From: a virus
Taxonomy: Duplodnaviria; Caudoviricetes
Virus record (IMG/VR): IMGVR_UViG_3300022602_000026
Direction: 5' to 3' (one strand)
DNA length: 64,000 nucleotides
Shown: positions 63,272 to 64,000 of the stretch, piece after piece
How the letters are laid out: each line of letters begins with the position of its first letter
Numbering within the stretch: the stretch's first letter is position 1
Made by a program: the position numbers and the translations under genes
The notes under the pieces: generated by a model
Seen by the model: the letters and a program-made list of their open reading frames with translations, nothing else
What the model was told of the DNA's origin: nothing
Database searches by the model: none

Positions 63272-64000
63272 ATGCACAATAGATCATTTAGACCCGAACA
63301 AGAAAAAAAATTGCGGGAAAATATTGGTCCCAGCGGAGTTGTAGAAAACTTTTTAACCCATGATGAATTCGAGTTGTGTAGAAAACTACATGCCGAAAAC
63401 ATAGACAAAATAAAAATGGGATTTGTGTTTAGGCAAGCAGCATTTGATTGGGAGTCCGAATACGGGGCCATGTTTAAATGGATACAGCCCAAGATTGATG
63501 CAATAGTTCCTGCTGAATGGGAATTGGATTTTATTGCTTTGCAGGATACTCCGGATCCTTGGAGGATACATATTGATCTTGCCTGGAACGCAGACAAGTT
63601 GCCGTATAAGGTATTGCTAGTTCCAGTAGATGTACTACCTGAATCAGGACCAGTAGATCCCGTCAATTGGCCTGCGGTTTACACAATAATTTTTAATCAA
63701 AGAAACTTTTTATCAAATTGCAAGCCGTTGCCTCCGGGGGCTAGTTGGATACGATCCATTGATGATCCCAGTGTTGAAAATCTTGAAACAGGGTTTTGTA
63801 TAACTAGAGAATTTTGGCAACAGTATCTAACACATGTCGACTATGAAGCTTTAGAAGGATTAACAGTAGAAACTTTGCTTCCTTGGAAACCAAAGTCTGT
63901 ATTGTATTGGGATACTTCGGTATTGCACATAGCAGACAATTTTGTCAAGAATAAAGTTAAAACAAAGAAGTCAGTGATATTTTTTATACGACATAAACTA
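63272..64000 (+). CDS. Partial ORF, putative 2OG-Fe(II) oxygenase-like protein (runs off window)
   Basis: Open frame from ATG 63272 to the window end (243 codons, read manually); WRIHID (HxD) and WDTSVLH distal His. Confidence 0.6.
   Translation, partial: MHNRSFRPEQEKKLRENIGPSGVVENFLTHDEFELCRKLHAENIDKIKMGFVFRQAAFDWESEYGAMFKWIQPKIDAIVPAEWELDFIALQDTPDPWRIHIDLAWNADKLPYKVLLVPVDVLPESGPVDPVNWPAVYTIIFNQRNFLSNCKPLPPGASWIRSIDDPSVENLETGFCITREFWQQYLTHVDYEALEGLTVETLLPWKPKSVLYWDTSVLHIADNFVKNKVKTKKSVIFFIRHKL

Noticed and set aside
55978-63666. ORF-track entries overlapping tRNAs and RNA modules (55978, 56211, 57457, 57838, 58297, 60121, 61494, 62950, 63148, 63386)
   Set aside because: They are translations of tRNA cloverleaves or antisense to real genes, with no translation signals
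1-64000. Stop-codon reassignment
   Set aside because: Core genes read full-length in code 11 using TAA, TAG and TGA stops; no CTA, TTA or TCA suppressor anticodon among the tRNAs

Overview
Continuous segment of a large T4-superfamily (jumbo-type) myophage genome; no cellular housekeeping genes or rRNA are present. 1-4.3 kb: prohead core, protease (gp21), scaffold (gp22) and major capsid protein (gp23). 4.9-20.8 kb: virion, tail-fibre and baseplate-appendage genes. 21.5-36.3 kb: NUDIX, neck (gp15, gp14, gp13), dNMP kinase, tail sheath and tube, gp4. 36.3-44.4 kb: probable internal head proteins and large terminase. 44.5-53 kb: gp32, UvsX and UvsY interleaved with glycosyltransferase-like, SGNH, radical-SAM and methyltransferase genes. 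53.1-54.6 kb: ahpC-(SGNH)-ahpD, whose sequences resemble betaproteobacterial proteins from memory (host inference only). 55.5-63.3 kb: an RNA island of 26 tRNA genes covering all 20 amino acids, two HNH endonucleases, a radical-SAM gene and many GC-rich structured non-tRNA modules. Two promoter classes are visible: sigma70-type (TTGACA-17-TATAAT-like) and T4-late-type (TAAATA). The most unusual items are: (i) four near-identical 18-20 bp inverted-repeat stems with unique loops and unique structured spacers between tRNA-Lys and tRNA-CAT, with related stems enclosing other ncRNA candidates; (ii) a leaderless leader peptide plus antiterminator/terminator in front of the RNA island; (iii) a D-armless tRNA-Tyr and tRNAs with swapped variable-arm classes. 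All product calls come from motif recognition and gene order; no database searches or folding programs were run.
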